Origin: a virus | Lineage: Duplodnaviria; Caudoviricetes | Direction: 5' to 3' (one strand) | Length of the DNA stretch: 46,755 nt | Virus record (IMG/VR): IMGVR_UViG_3300005573_000133 | Location: 1-46,755 of that record | Shown here: positions 17,801 to 27,140 of the stretch, in pieces | How positions within the stretch are numbered: the first letter of the stretch is position 1 | How the letters are laid out: each line of letters begins with the position of its first letter | Made by a program: the position numbers and the translations under genes | Notes under the pieces: model-generated | Seen by the model: only the letters and a program-made list of their open reading frames with translations | The model's database searches: none | What the model was told of the DNA's origin: nothing

Positions 17801-18645
17801 AGATATGCATGATCACACCGCCAGCTGACGTAGGACTCACATCTCTATTTCCTGGGAGGTTCTGCTTGGCACAGGTTGCCAAGGAACACAAGGAGTATGC
17901 AGATTACTTCAAAGGATGCAAAGATGTAATAATGGACAATGGCATGTATGAGGGGAAGCCATTGGAATGGTATGAGTACTCCGAGGTCATCTATCAAGTG
18001 CGTCCCTCGATAGTCATCGCACCAGATGACTTCCAGGATACATTTGAAGCGAGTTATGACAAAGCAATACAGTTCAGAGACTACATGCTAAGAACAGCAA
18101 CACTAGTGCCAAACAGTTACATGCCTGACATTATGTGGGTACCACAGGTAGGTAGATACAATGATGTATCCTTCGTTGACTTCATTGACTTTGTCAATGG
18201 TCAGAAGGATTTCGCCTCCATAGGTATCAACAAGCTGGTAGCACCAGCTCTGTTTGGTACTCCATGGGTGGGTGATTCCATGAGGGAGGTACTCAGGATA
18301 GCATTGGTGTCCAAGCTGGATACTAATCGCAAGTACATACACTGCTTGGGTATCACAGATACTCTGGGAGCACTGCGCGTTTATAACCAGCTTGGCGTAG
18401 AGTCTCTGGACAGTGCATCCTTCTACTGGCTTCCTTTCAAGGGGAAGCACATACAGAGGGATCTGGATTGGCGCATGATAGACTCAGAAGGTCGACCTCA
18501 AAACTTCTTCGAGTTAGAAGCGACCTCGGAGCAAGAACATGACATCGTTGAGTTCGCACAAAGAGTACAAAGCTTTCTTGACGGGAAGCACTCATTGGAC
18601 GGACCTGGACACCTACCCTATAGAATGCGTAGGAAACTCCAATAA
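17794..18645 (+). CDS. TGT-fold protein, putative DpdA-like deazaguanine DNA transglycosylase
   Basis: IMDNG, APD, VPQ, IHCLG, SLDSAS motifs typical of TGT-like TIM barrels; located between folE and the polymerase. Confidence 0.6.
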   Translation: MLKICMITPPADVGLTSLFPGRFCLAQVAKEHKEYADYFKGCKDVIMDNGMYEGKPLEWYEYSEVIYQVRPSIVIAPDDFQDTFEASYDKAIQFRDYMLRTATLVPNSYMPDIMWVPQVGRYNDVSFVDFIDFVNGQKDFASIGINKLVAPALFGTPWVGDSMREVLRIALVSKLDTNRKYIHCLGITDTLGALRVYNQLGVESLDSASFYWLPFKGKHIQRDLDWRMIDSEGRPQNFFELEATSEQEHDIVEFAQRVQSFLDGKHSLDGPGHLPYRMRRKLQ

Positions 18646-20407
18646 TCCAGTAGCGATAGACACTGAGACTATTGGTTCCACAGACGAGAGCAACCTTCCA
18701 ATCTACTTCTCATGGTCTGCAGATGACCTTGGTTCTGGTGCTGGTCCTCTACTGACAGAGAAGGGCTATGCGTTTCTGGTGGCGTTGATTAGGTGTGACA
18801 GACCTAAGATATTCCACAACATGAAAGCAGACATAACCTTCTTGCTCAGAGCGGGACTGCATGTCAAAGGTCCATTCGAAGATACGAGTATCATGCACGC
18901 GATACTCGATCCCGATGACATCAACAGACATGCACTCAAACCTACATCGAGGCGTCTGCTGGGAAAGGATAGAGTCGATGAAATCAGACTCGAGCAAGAG
19001 CAGAAGAAGTATCCCCGTGATTTGTGCAACTTGTGCGTACCGCAAGAGTTGCTTCACCATTACGCACGGGAAGATGCTGTTGACACTCTGTTGCTGTATA
19101 AGGTTCTCTCCAGAGAACTTGAACAGAGAGGTCAATGGGACCTTTACCGTGCATGTCTCCAAGCGGAGGAAGCGTACTGGAAAGTCTCGGAGAGGGGTTT
19201 CCTCATCGACCTCAAGACGCTCGAAGAAACCCTTCGAGGAACCGCTCCAGTACTCCATCAACTCGAAGAGAGAATGTTTGCTGCATTCGGGGCAAGGTTC
19301 AATCCTAGTTCGCCCAAGCAGCTGAGTGAGGTACTAGGACCTAAACTAGGCTTGGTGGAGAAGACTCCTTCGGGGGTCTTCTCCACTGACCTAGAAGTAC
19401 TATCGCATTATAAGGAGCATCCAGGAGTACAAGCACTCCTGGCATGGAAGTTCCTTATTAAAGCGTGTAGGATGCTAGAGAGTTATAAGAAGGAGGTAGA
19501 TAATCAGGGACGCGTACATCCCAGATACTTCCAACTAACGAAGACAGGACGCTCGCAGTGCACTGTAGTGAACCTACAGAACATACCTAAAGCGCGTACA
19601 TATCCCTTCGAGCTGGAGCTGATGTGTGGCTCTAAGGAGATAGCAGAGGTATGTGCGGATGTGTTCGCTAAGGTGCGTGCAGTGTTCATTGCTGCACCTG
19701 GTGCTTGGCTAGTAAGCCAAGATTACTCACAGATTGAGTACAGGATGGCAGCACACTTCATGGGTAACCAGCAGATCATCGACAGCTTGCGTGCTGGCGA
19801 AGACTTCCACAAGGTTATCTGTGAGATGGTGTTTGGTGAGTACAGGAAGGAACTGAGAGTACCAATCAAGAAACTAAACTATGGAAGATTGTATGGCATG
19901 GGTAACTCACTGATGGCAGAACTCCTCAGTGCGTTTGATCCTAAGCCATGGAACATCATCAAACAGTATGACGCTAAGTGTCCTTGGATGATGCAGTTCC
20001 GCCATAAGGCGGAGCAGATAGCTGCAACGAGAGGTTATGTCAAGGACATGTTTGGAAGGAGGTACTTCTATGACAAACAAGCTCCTTACAAGATAGTGGC
20101 ATATCTGTGCCAGGGAGCTGCAGCCAATGTGAAAAAGATTGCACTAGGTAGGATTCACAAGTTGCTAATGGGTATCCAAGAGGAACTGACAATGCCACCT
20201 CAGTACAGGACTGGGATTGTGGCAGACATACACGATGACATCGTGTTAGAGTACTATCCAGAGGATAGACATCTCATACCAGAGATTCACAGAATAATGA
20301 AAGACTTCCCTCAAGTGAAGGTACCCCTTGAGGTTGACATATCTGTGGGTAAGAGTCTGTATGGGATGAAGGAGGTATCCCTGGAAGATGTAATGAAGTT
20401 GGAGTAG
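18539..20407 (+). CDS. polA: DNA polymerase family A with 3'-5' exonuclease
   Basis: Exo motifs DTET, FHNxKAD, YAREDA; TKTGR, NLQNIP; motif A DYSQIEYR; motif B RxxxKKLNYGRLYG; motif C IHDD. Confidence 0.93.
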   Translation: MTSLSSHKEYKAFLTGSTHWTDLDTYPIECVGNSNNPVAIDTETIGSTDESNLPIYFSWSADDLGSGAGPLLTEKGYAFLVALIRCDRPKIFHNMKADITFLLRAGLHVKGPFEDTSIMHAILDPDDINRHALKPTSRRLLGKDRVDEIRLEQEQKKYPRDLCNLCVPQELLHHYAREDAVDTLLLYKVLSRELEQRGQWDLYRACLQAEEAYWKVSERGFLIDLKTLEETLRGTAPVLHQLEERMFAAFGARFNPSSPKQLSEVLGPKLGLVEKTPSGVFSTDLEVLSHYKEHPGVQALLAWKFLIKACRMLESYKKEVDNQGRVHPRYFQLTKTGRSQCTVVNLQNIPKARTYPFELELMCGSKEIAEVCADVFAKVRAVFIAAPGAWLVSQDYSQIEYRMAAHFMGNQQIIDSLRAGEDFHKVICEMVFGEYRKELRVPIKKLNYGRLYGMGNSLMAELLSAFDPKPWNIIKQYDAKCPWMMQFRHKAEQIAATRGYVKDMFGRRYFYDKQAPYKIVAYLCQGAAANVKKIALGRIHKLLMGIQEELTMPPQYRTGIVADIHDDIVLEYYPEDRHLIPEIHRIMKDFPQVKVPLEVDISVGKSLYGMKEVSLEDVMKLE

Positions 20408-20409
20408 CC

Positions 20410-21003
20410 ATGGCATCGTTAGTACTATGCAGTGGCGGTGTAAAGTCTGCTCTGTTGGTTTGCTTGGCTCGGAGAGAAGAGGAAGTCCTCGACAACCTAC
20501 ATGTACTGTTCGTCGACCATGGACAAGCGTGCGTGGAAGGTGAACGCCAAAGTGCACACCGCATAGCAGACTACTACCACGGAAGGTATCACGAGTTAGC
20601 AATTCTTCAGCGTACGAAAGGTGAATGGAAACCTTTCGTCCTCTCAACCATTCTGATGCATGCTCTTATCTATGCGAAGGAGCATGGTATCAGATACACT
20701 TACTATGGAGCATGTAAGAGTCATGAGGGTAGGGAGTGGCAACTCCCTGCTCTCAAGAGAATACAGAACCTAGCTGACTTTGTACAACAAGAATGGGACC
20801 CATCTCTGAGAGCAGACTTCATTCAGGTAGGAGCACCTCTGATAGCCCTTACCAGAAAGAAGATATATCTGTACGCTAAGAAGATGGGTGTACCCTTGGA
20901 CCTAACATGGTCTTGTGAAGTGAGTAACACACTAACACAGTGTGGACACTGTCCATCCTGTGAGTTCAGAAAAGAAATGAGGTACTATGATATTGTCCAT
21001 TGA
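20410..21003 (+). CDS. Divergent second QueC-like PP-loop protein
   Basis: SGGVKS, DHGQ, APL, TWSC...CGHCPSC; lacks the VPxRN and YPDC motifs. Confidence 0.75.
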   Translation: MASLVLCSGGVKSALLVCLARREEEVLDNLHVLFVDHGQACVEGERQSAHRIADYYHGRYHELAILQRTKGEWKPFVLSTILMHALIYAKEHGIRYTYYGACKSHEGREWQLPALKRIQNLADFVQQEWDPSLRADFIQVGAPLIALTRKKIYLYAKKMGVPLDLTWSCEVSNTLTQCGHCPSCEFRKEMRYYDIVH

Positions 21004-21475
21004 CCCAAGTATCCTTTCTATGGGGTGGTGTGTGTTTGATACCAAACCCATAGCATGGGGTACAATCAAGAGTGAACCCAGAGAGGAAGTATTACCTCTC
21101 GCAATGAGGATACACAAACAAGTGAGGCGTCTGAGAGAAGCACTTCATAATGCACTCTCCCAAGATGTCTTCAATAGTCCAGTTCAGGAAGTAGTCATAG
21201 AGCGTCCGCAGCAATGGGGTGCTTATCAGAGTATGGCTTCTGTACACTCTGATTCACTTCCTATGCTGTACATGCTGGTTGGCGCTCTGATTGAGTTCTT
21301 TAGAGGGATACCTGTCGACCTTGTGACACCAGCACAGCACAAGGGACAGCTCCCAAAGGAGGTCACCACTAAGAGGATGCAGGAAAAGTACAGTATCAAG
21401 TTCGAGACGAGTGATGAAGCAGATGCAGTATGGATTGCTGATTGGTTCTATCAGCAGAAACAGAAAGGAGTATGA
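20987..21475 (+). CDS. RuvC-like Holliday junction resolvase
   Basis: ILSIDP, VVIE, K, DEADA acidic catalytic pattern. Confidence 0.75.
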   Translation: MILSIDPSILSMGWCVFDTKPIAWGTIKSEPREEVLPLAMRIHKQVRRLREALHNALSQDVFNSPVQEVVIERPQQWGAYQSMASVHSDSLPMLYMLVGALIEFFRGIPVDLVTPAQHKGQLPKEVTTKRMQEKYSIKFETSDEADAVWIADWFYQQKQKGV

Positions 21476-21685
21476 ATGACACACCTACTGTTTGAACATA
21501 GGAAGGATGGCGAGGACGACCTGATAGTGTTGAGAGGTGTATTCGATATGGAGGTACCTCAGCATCTCTTAGATAAGTGTAACACACCTTGGCAGTTGCT
21601 CATCAAAGATGAGAAGAGGAATCAGTTACTGAAAGATGGTATCGTGGTATGTAGGTTCCATGTACGTGCATACGCAAAGGAGTAG
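21476..21685 (+). CDS. Hypothetical protein
   Basis: 69 aa; AAAGGAG SD. Confidence 0.55.
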   Translation: MTHLLFEHRKDGEDDLIVLRGVFDMEVPQHLLDKCNTPWQLLIKDEKRNQLLKDGIVVCRFHVRAYAKE

Positions 21686-21687
21686 TC

Positions 21688-22041
21688 GTGGTAGACAACA
21701 GTCACTATGCAGTGTTACCCATACAACCCATCTTTGTGGTGGAGTTGTTGGGAATGAAGCATCACATTGCTTCAGCATTCCAGTACATCTTGAGACATCA
21801 GAGGAAAGGAGGTCTTGAAGACCTTGAGAAAGCACTCTGGTACCTGGAGAGGTTCCAAGGACTAGAAGGTTGTAGTGCAGTATACAACTTTGAGTACACT
21901 AGAAGATTCCTGCGAGAGTATGCTAGAGCGTGTGGATTGCCATCTGAGTTGCAAGAGGTAGTTGGATGCTTTGTCAATGAGATTTCACGTGCACAGATGA
22001 TGCTCAAGAATTATCTCGTGAAAGAAGGAGCATGGAAATGA
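21688..22041 (+). CDS. DUF3310 / T7 gp1.7-like nucleotide kinase family protein
   Basis: HY...IQPI...YILR...KGGLEDLEKALWYL. Confidence 0.75.
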   Translation: MVDNSHYAVLPIQPIFVVELLGMKHHIASAFQYILRHQRKGGLEDLEKALWYLERFQGLEGCSAVYNFEYTRRFLREYARACGLPSELQEVVGCFVNEISRAQMMLKNYLVKEGAWK

Positions 22042-22970
22042 TAGCAGCACAGCCAATGTTGTTCCCTCATCAGTATCCTGATCCAGAAGAGGAAGTACCC
22101 TATCCCATCCTCGTTCAAGAGAAGCTGAATGGTGTGAGAATGCTCATCACACCTGAAGGTGTACTCACGAGGAACTTCAAACCTTTTAGGAATAAACAGA
22201 TAGAGATATCACTCAAGAAGTATGTACAGAAGGTGAGGACGCTGGGACTCATACTCGACTGTGAGTTCCTCTCACAGATACATCCTTGGGAGGAGCATGT
22301 TCGCATCATCAATGAGAAAGATGCTGAGGTGCCTCCTGAGTTCTCACCTCATGCATTTGATGCTCTCACTCTGGAGGAGTGGGATAGTGTTGACCAGGGA
22401 TGGTGCAAGTGTCCTCCCTACGAAGAGAGACACAAACGCATAAAGGAGCACTTCCCAGAAATCACTCTGCCATATAGCGAGTGCTGGGAGGTAGAGTCTC
22501 TCGATGATGTGTACGAGGAGGTGCTATGCGGTCCTGGTGTGGGTGGCGTAGGTAGTGGTGAAGGTCTCATCCTGCGAATACCTGGATGTGGGTATAAGCA
22601 TGGAAGAGTGACCTTCAATGAATGCAGTGCATGGAAGCTGAAGCCAATCTTCACCATGGATGGCGTAGTCATCGACTACAAACCAATGAAGAGGTCAATA
22701 GCTGCTCCAGAGGTGGACGCCTTTGGCCACACGCATAGACCTAAGCATGTAGATTCTACTGTGGAAGTAGACATGCTAGGAGCCATACGAGTAGAAACTG
22801 CGTATGGTAAGTTCTGGTGTGGTACTGGATTCACTCATGAGCAGCGTATTGAGCTGTGGAATGATGCTGAGGAAGGTAAGTTGATAGGTAGGCATGCTGA
22901 GATAGCGTGCATTGACAAAGGTGGTCTCTTTCCAAGATTTGTGAGGTGGCGCAATGACAAAGCTGAGTGA
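22032..22970 (+). CDS. ATP-dependent DNA ligase
   Basis: EKLNGVR adenylation motif, LDCE, FD, EGLILR, KLKP, GTGF, FPRF. Confidence 0.9.
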   Translation: MEMIAAQPMLFPHQYPDPEEEVPYPILVQEKLNGVRMLITPEGVLTRNFKPFRNKQIEISLKKYVQKVRTLGLILDCEFLSQIHPWEEHVRIINEKDAEVPPEFSPHAFDALTLEEWDSVDQGWCKCPPYEERHKRIKEHFPEITLPYSECWEVESLDDVYEEVLCGPGVGGVGSGEGLILRIPGCGYKHGRVTFNECSAWKLKPIFTMDGVVIDYKPMKRSIAAPEVDAFGHTHRPKHVDSTVEVDMLGAIRVETAYGKFWCGTGFTHEQRIELWNDAEEGKLIGRHAEIACIDKGGLFPRFVRWRNDKAE

Positions 22971-23568
22971 TTGTCATCTATGTAAGGAACGTGCTATACT
23001 GGGTCCTGTGGCAGGGTGCGGTGACCTAAATTCCCGCATCCTGCTACTGGGACGCAATCCTGGAGTACAAGAAGTAGAGAAAGGAATGCCATTCGTAGGT
23101 CCAGCTGGACAGAAGCTGGATGAGGTGCTAGACAAGGCTGGCATCAGGAGAGAGAAGTGCTATGTCACCAATCTGGTGAAGTGTGGTACTATCAATCCTG
23201 ATCCACCTAGTAAAGCATGCTTCGGATTGTGTCCTAAGACTTGGCTCGTGCATGAGCTGAAGGAGATGATGGAGAAGAACCTCCGCTTGATCATTTCCTT
23301 TGGCAATGAAGCACTAGAGTATCTAGAACCTGGTGCTACAGTTGGCAGAATGGCTGGTACGCACTGGACTGTACATCTACGACAAGGACAAGAGGGGGTG
23401 GAGAAGGATGTAGAAGTCTTCGCGATGTACCATCCTGCTGCTGCACTGCATAGCCAGGTGTTCGACAGGAGGTTGAAGGAAGACACACTGCGTCTTCGTA
23501 GGTACCTAGATGACTTCAGAGATGAATGGGAGGAGCTAATGAAATGGCCACAACACACAAAGAAATAA
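22954..23568 (+). CDS. Uracil-DNA glycosylase, family 4-like (Fe-S)
   Basis: CxxC, GRNPGxxE, PFVGPAG, TNLVKC, YHPAA. Confidence 0.88.
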   Translation: MTKLSDCHLCKERAILGPVAGCGDLNSRILLLGRNPGVQEVEKGMPFVGPAGQKLDEVLDKAGIRREKCYVTNLVKCGTINPDPPSKACFGLCPKTWLVHELKEMMEKNLRLIISFGNEALEYLEPGATVGRMAGTHWTVHLRQGQEGVEKDVEVFAMYHPAAALHSQVFDRRLKEDTLRLRRYLDDFRDEWEELMKWPQHTKK

Positions 23569-24023
23569 AGCAACTGAAGGAGAGACTCAAGGCGCTCAAG
23601 GAACGCCTTGAGATTGCTAAGAACTTGCCAGAAGACTTTAGAAAGTTGTACTATGGCTCCGCTGCATGGGAGATTTATTATGAACTACACCCTGAGAAGA
23701 GAGCGGAGATGGACGCATGGGTCAAGGGACCCGTGCTAGTAGCTGGTAAGTTGTGCCATAGAGAGAGTTGGCTCCTAGGGAGACCAACAGTGATGTATCC
23801 CAAGATGTTCTCTGCTTCAGATCACACTTGGGATGACATATGGCAGTTAGTGTGCTATGCGCTGGCCTCTGGGTACACTCTCATTTATGTGAGAGATATT
23901 CCAGAAGAGGTAGCGAGAGCATGGAACACACTGCTAACGCGATATGGTATGAACACAAGGATACAAGTACCATTCAAAGACTCTAAAGGTGTTCCCATCA
24001 AGTGGAGAGATGATGAGGAATGA
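23544..24023 (+). CDS. Hypothetical protein
   Basis: GGAGGAG SD upstream; about 159 aa. Confidence 0.6.
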   Translation: MATTHKEIKQLKERLKALKERLEIAKNLPEDFRKLYYGSAAWEIYYELHPEKRAEMDAWVKGPVLVAGKLCHRESWLLGRPTVMYPKMFSASDHTWDDIWQLVCYALASGYTLIYVRDIPEEVARAWNTLLTRYGMNTRIQVPFKDSKGVPIKWRDDEE

Positions 24024-26181
24024 GACACTAGAAATGGCTCTCTCCTATGCGCGTAGAGGGTGGAGAGTATTCCCTCTCCACCCTCTCACGCCAGAGCTAG
24101 AATGCTCTTGCAGAAGGAGAGAGTGCAAAGGTAAGCATCCTCTGATAAAGGAATGGCCTCGCCTCGCCACTACGGACGAGAGCGTGATTCGTGCGTGGTG
24201 GACGCATTACCCAGAGAGAGGTATTGGGTTGCTATGCGGGGTCTGTTCAGGTGTCGCGGTGGTCGACGTGGACCCTCGCAATGGAGGCAAGTTAGATGTA
24301 CTACCTAACACTTACACTGTAGAGACAGGCGGTGGTGGTTATCATTACTACTTCAAGATTGATCGTCCAGTATTGTCTGGACGCTTAGGGAAAGGAATTG
24401 ACTTCAAAGCAGACTCTCGGGTTAGGGAAGGAGGGCACTTCGTAGTGTGCCCTCCAACCCTACATCCATCTGGACAGAGATACAGAGTAGTGGCTGATAG
24501 AGAACTCTTGCCACTCCCAGAGTGGGTCCTCACTGCTCTGAAGAGGTCAGCTTCGGATGCATCGGGGGCGGGAGAAGGAGAAATCATACCTATTGGTGAG
24601 ACGCACAATACTCTCAAGCGTCTCATTGGTAGGATGAGACAAGCTGGTCTCCTGAAGGAGGAAGCTCTGGAGAAAGCAAGGGAGATTAACCGCACGAGGT
24701 GTGAGCGGGAACTCCCTGAGCACGAGTTGATAGACCTCGTGAATGCTATCTATAGCTATCCCAGAACAGTATACACCTGTGATGATCTAGGTAACCTGAA
24801 CAGGTTCATCAATGATCATGGACAGTATCTGAGATATTGTCCAGCTGAGGGTGTGTGGTATCGCTGGGATGGCATTAGGTGGGAGGACATAGGTGAGGAT
24901 TCTCTGATACACTACTGTATCCAGACAATTGAGAACATAAAGGAGGATATCTTGTACGCTGAGGAAGAAGTAAGACCTGCACTCGAGAAGTGGAGCAAGG
25001 TGTGCAGGAATGCGTCTAGAGTGTCCAGTCTTTTGAGGCTATGCGGGTCCGCACCACAGCTGTGGGTCCGCATAGAAGAGATGAACAAGGATCCACATCT
25101 CTTGTGCTGTACGAATGGTGTAGTAGACTTGAGAACAGGAGAACTGCGTGAGTGTGACAAGAGCTTGTACATTACGAAGTGCACTGGAGTGTACTACGAG
25201 AGGGGAGGGAGAGAGGGAGGGAGAGAGGGAGGACTGTGGAGACGCTTCCTTCGAGATGTGTGTGGCGATGATAAGGAATTGGAGAGGTTCCTACAGCTGG
25301 CAGTGGGATATACACTGACAGGTCTCACTGATGAGGAAGTGATATTCTTCATCTATGGTCCAGGTGGGAGTGGTAAAACCACCTTCGTAGAGACTGTGAG
25401 AGGTATAATGGGAGATTATGCCTCTGTGGTGAGACCACAAGTGTTCCTGGCTGTAGGTGGAGAGAGTGCGAATATGGCATCACCAGCTATAGCGAAGTTG
25501 CTAGGCAAGCGACTGGTGATATCTTCTGAGCTAGGAGGAGGAGGCGGAGGTGGAGGTGGCGGTGGAGGTGGTGGGAGACTAAATGCGTACATGACGAAGG
25601 TGCTGAGTGGTGGTGATACAGTGACTGCTAGGCACCTGTACAAGGGTGAGTTCGACTTCAGACTAGAAGCGAAGTTCTGGCTGACGATGAATGAGCTTCC
25701 AGACTTCAACTGGAATGACACTGGTCTCAAGAGGAGGATATTGCCAATACCTTTCCTGAGAGTGCCAGAGAAGCCAGATCCAGAACTGAAGCGAAAGCTG
25801 AGGTTAGGTGAGGAGGAGCGGAGGGAGGTTCTGAGGTGGGCGGTTGAGGGTGCTATGCGGTGGCTGTCAGGGGAGAAGCTGCAGGCACCACCGAGGGTAC
25901 GCGAAGCTAGGGAAGAGTACTTCCAGAGTGTAGATGTGCTAGGCGACTGGCTCTCTACACACTGGGAACCAGTGGTGGGTGGAGAGAGATTGAAGGGTCA
26001 GTCTCCACTGGTGTCTACTGCGGCTCTCCTCCAAAGCTTCGAGGCTTACTGCGCTAAGCGTAAGCTAGATGCCCGTTCCTTCGTTCGTTCTGTGCGTCAC
26101 TTCACACAGTTGTTGCGAGAGCATGGTGTTCAACGCAATGAACACCTCGGTCGTTGGTACCTCGCACCAGTTAATCTCTGA
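24010..26181 (+). CDS. Bifunctional primase-polymerase fused to a D5/P4-type SF3 helicase
   Basis: N-terminal GWRVFPL, GKHP, VDVD, TGGGGYHYYF, VVCPPTLH (prim-pol); NGVVDLRTG (D5_N); GPGGSGKTT Walker A; GGD..ARHLY, NELP, RR. Confidence 0.9.
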   Translation: MMRNETLEMALSYARRGWRVFPLHPLTPELECSCRRRECKGKHPLIKEWPRLATTDESVIRAWWTHYPERGIGLLCGVCSGVAVVDVDPRNGGKLDVLPNTYTVETGGGGYHYYFKIDRPVLSGRLGKGIDFKADSRVREGGHFVVCPPTLHPSGQRYRVVADRELLPLPEWVLTALKRSASDASGAGEGEIIPIGETHNTLKRLIGRMRQAGLLKEEALEKAREINRTRCERELPEHELIDLVNAIYSYPRTVYTCDDLGNLNRFINDHGQYLRYCPAEGVWYRWDGIRWEDIGEDSLIHYCIQTIENIKEDILYAEEEVRPALEKWSKVCRNASRVSSLLRLCGSAPQLWVRIEEMNKDPHLLCCTNGVVDLRTGELRECDKSLYITKCTGVYYERGGREGGREGGLWRRFLRDVCGDDKELERFLQLAVGYTLTGLTDEEVIFFIYGPGGSGKTTFVETVRGIMGDYASVVRPQVFLAVGGESANMASPAIAKLLGKRLVISSELGGGGGGGGGGGGGGRLNAYMTKVLSGGDTVTARHLYKGEFDFRLEAKFWLTMNELPDFNWNDTGLKRRILPIPFLRVPEKPDPELKRKLRLGEEERREVLRWAVEGAMRWLSGEKLQAPPRVREAREEYFQSVDVLGDWLSTHWEPVVGGERLKGQSPLVSTAALLQSFEAYCAKRKLDARSFVRSVRHFTQLLREHGVQRNEHLGRWYLAPVNL

Positions 26182-26182
26182 C

Positions 26183-26221
26183 TGGTGCGGGGTACCAACC
26201 CCACCTCACACCTTTTTTTTT
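26183..26221 (+). terminator. Probable terminator after the primase gene
   Basis: Imperfect GGTG..GGGGT/ACCCC..CACC hairpin followed by T9. Confidence 0.5.
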
Positions 26222-26245
26222 GCTCAAAATTCCTTGGAAAACTGC

Positions 26246-26351
26246 GTGGGACTTCTTCATTGGACATGCTGGTTTCAAAAAAAGTTTATAAAGTAACAAG
26301 AGATTTTAAAAACTTTTTTTAAAAACAGCATGTCCAACGAAGAAGTCCCAC
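26246..26351. repeat. Long AT-cored inverted repeat, candidate replication origin
   Basis: 49 bp arms (26246-26294 and 26303-26351), 5 mismatches, 8 nt spacer; intergenic directly after the primase-helicase. Confidence 0.8.
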
Positions 26352-26402
26352 ACAAAAGTTCAAGCAAAGCACACCGCACCCGCATAGCCAAAAAGAATTT
26401 TG

Positions 26403-26431
26403 TTGCGTCCCAGAGCATTGTATGTTAAACT
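26403..26431 (+). promoter_or_regulatory. Sigma70-type promoter (extended -10)
   Basis: TTGCGT (26403) - N17 - TAAACT (26426), TG at 26423, A/T tract upstream; ATG 26441 follows almost leaderless. Confidence 0.55.
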
Positions 26432-26440
26432 GGATGTAGG

Positions 26441-26920
26441 ATGAATGCTGATTTCCTCACTAGCACGAGTGGGAACTTCTTCTTCCAGCTCTCGTGCTGG
26501 GTGGTGAACTTAGTTCCAGAGAAGTGGAGGGACCTAGAGCGGATTGATCTCCTGAGAGCTGCAATGGTAGTTGGTGCAGCAGAGCGGAACGTGAAGTGGG
26601 GACAAGTGGAGGTTCAATCGCCGTGGAGGTCCTTCCACATTAAGCTCTCGCCGAGAGAGCGCCTCTTGATGCATGAGTTCGGGAGGTACATGTGCATGTC
26701 GAACACTAATGGCATCATAAGAACTGCGGTGATGGTAGGCTTGGACCTCACTGGTGCGAGGGATGGGCAGTACACGCAGCCACCCCTCCCAACCAGCCAC
26801 CGCATAGCCAACCTAGACTGGAAGGATCTCATTAGGAGGGCTGCGTCAGTGTTGAATGCTACACCTGTAGAGGTGACTTATGCGGGTTTCGGGCAGGAAA
26901 CTAGCTATACAAGCACTTGA
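26441..26920 (+). CDS. Hypothetical protein
   Basis: 159 aa ORF, first gene of the late block. Confidence 0.55.
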   Translation: MNADFLTSTSGNFFFQLSCWVVNLVPEKWRDLERIDLLRAAMVVGAAERNVKWGQVEVQSPWRSFHIKLSPRERLLMHEFGRYMCMSNTNGIIRTAVMVGLDLTGARDGQYTQPPLPTSHRIANLDWKDLIRRAASVLNATPVEVTYAGFGQETSYTST

Positions 26921-27140
26921 TGCTCTCTTGGAGAAGTCAGAGAACATCCAGATACTGTCTGATGGACTGGAGAATGCTCTCCGCACTAACCCAGTTGGCT
27001 TCTTCAAAGCGATCATTCTCCCTACACTCCCCAAGGAGACACTCATCTCAGTAGACCAACAGTCTGATAGCCCCATCCGCATAGAACTGGTTCCCAAGGT
27101 CATCAGCAGCAGCTGCAGCAGCGAGGAGCAACAGAAATGA
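26880..27140 (+). CDS. Hypothetical protein (possibly terminase small subunit-like)
   Basis: GAGGTG SD; NPVGFFKAIILPTLPKE resembles segments seen in small packaging proteins. Weak functional call. Confidence 0.4.
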   Translation: MRVSGRKLAIQALDALLEKSENIQILSDGLENALRTNPVGFFKAIILPTLPKETLISVDQQSDSPIRIELVPKVISSSCSSEEQQK

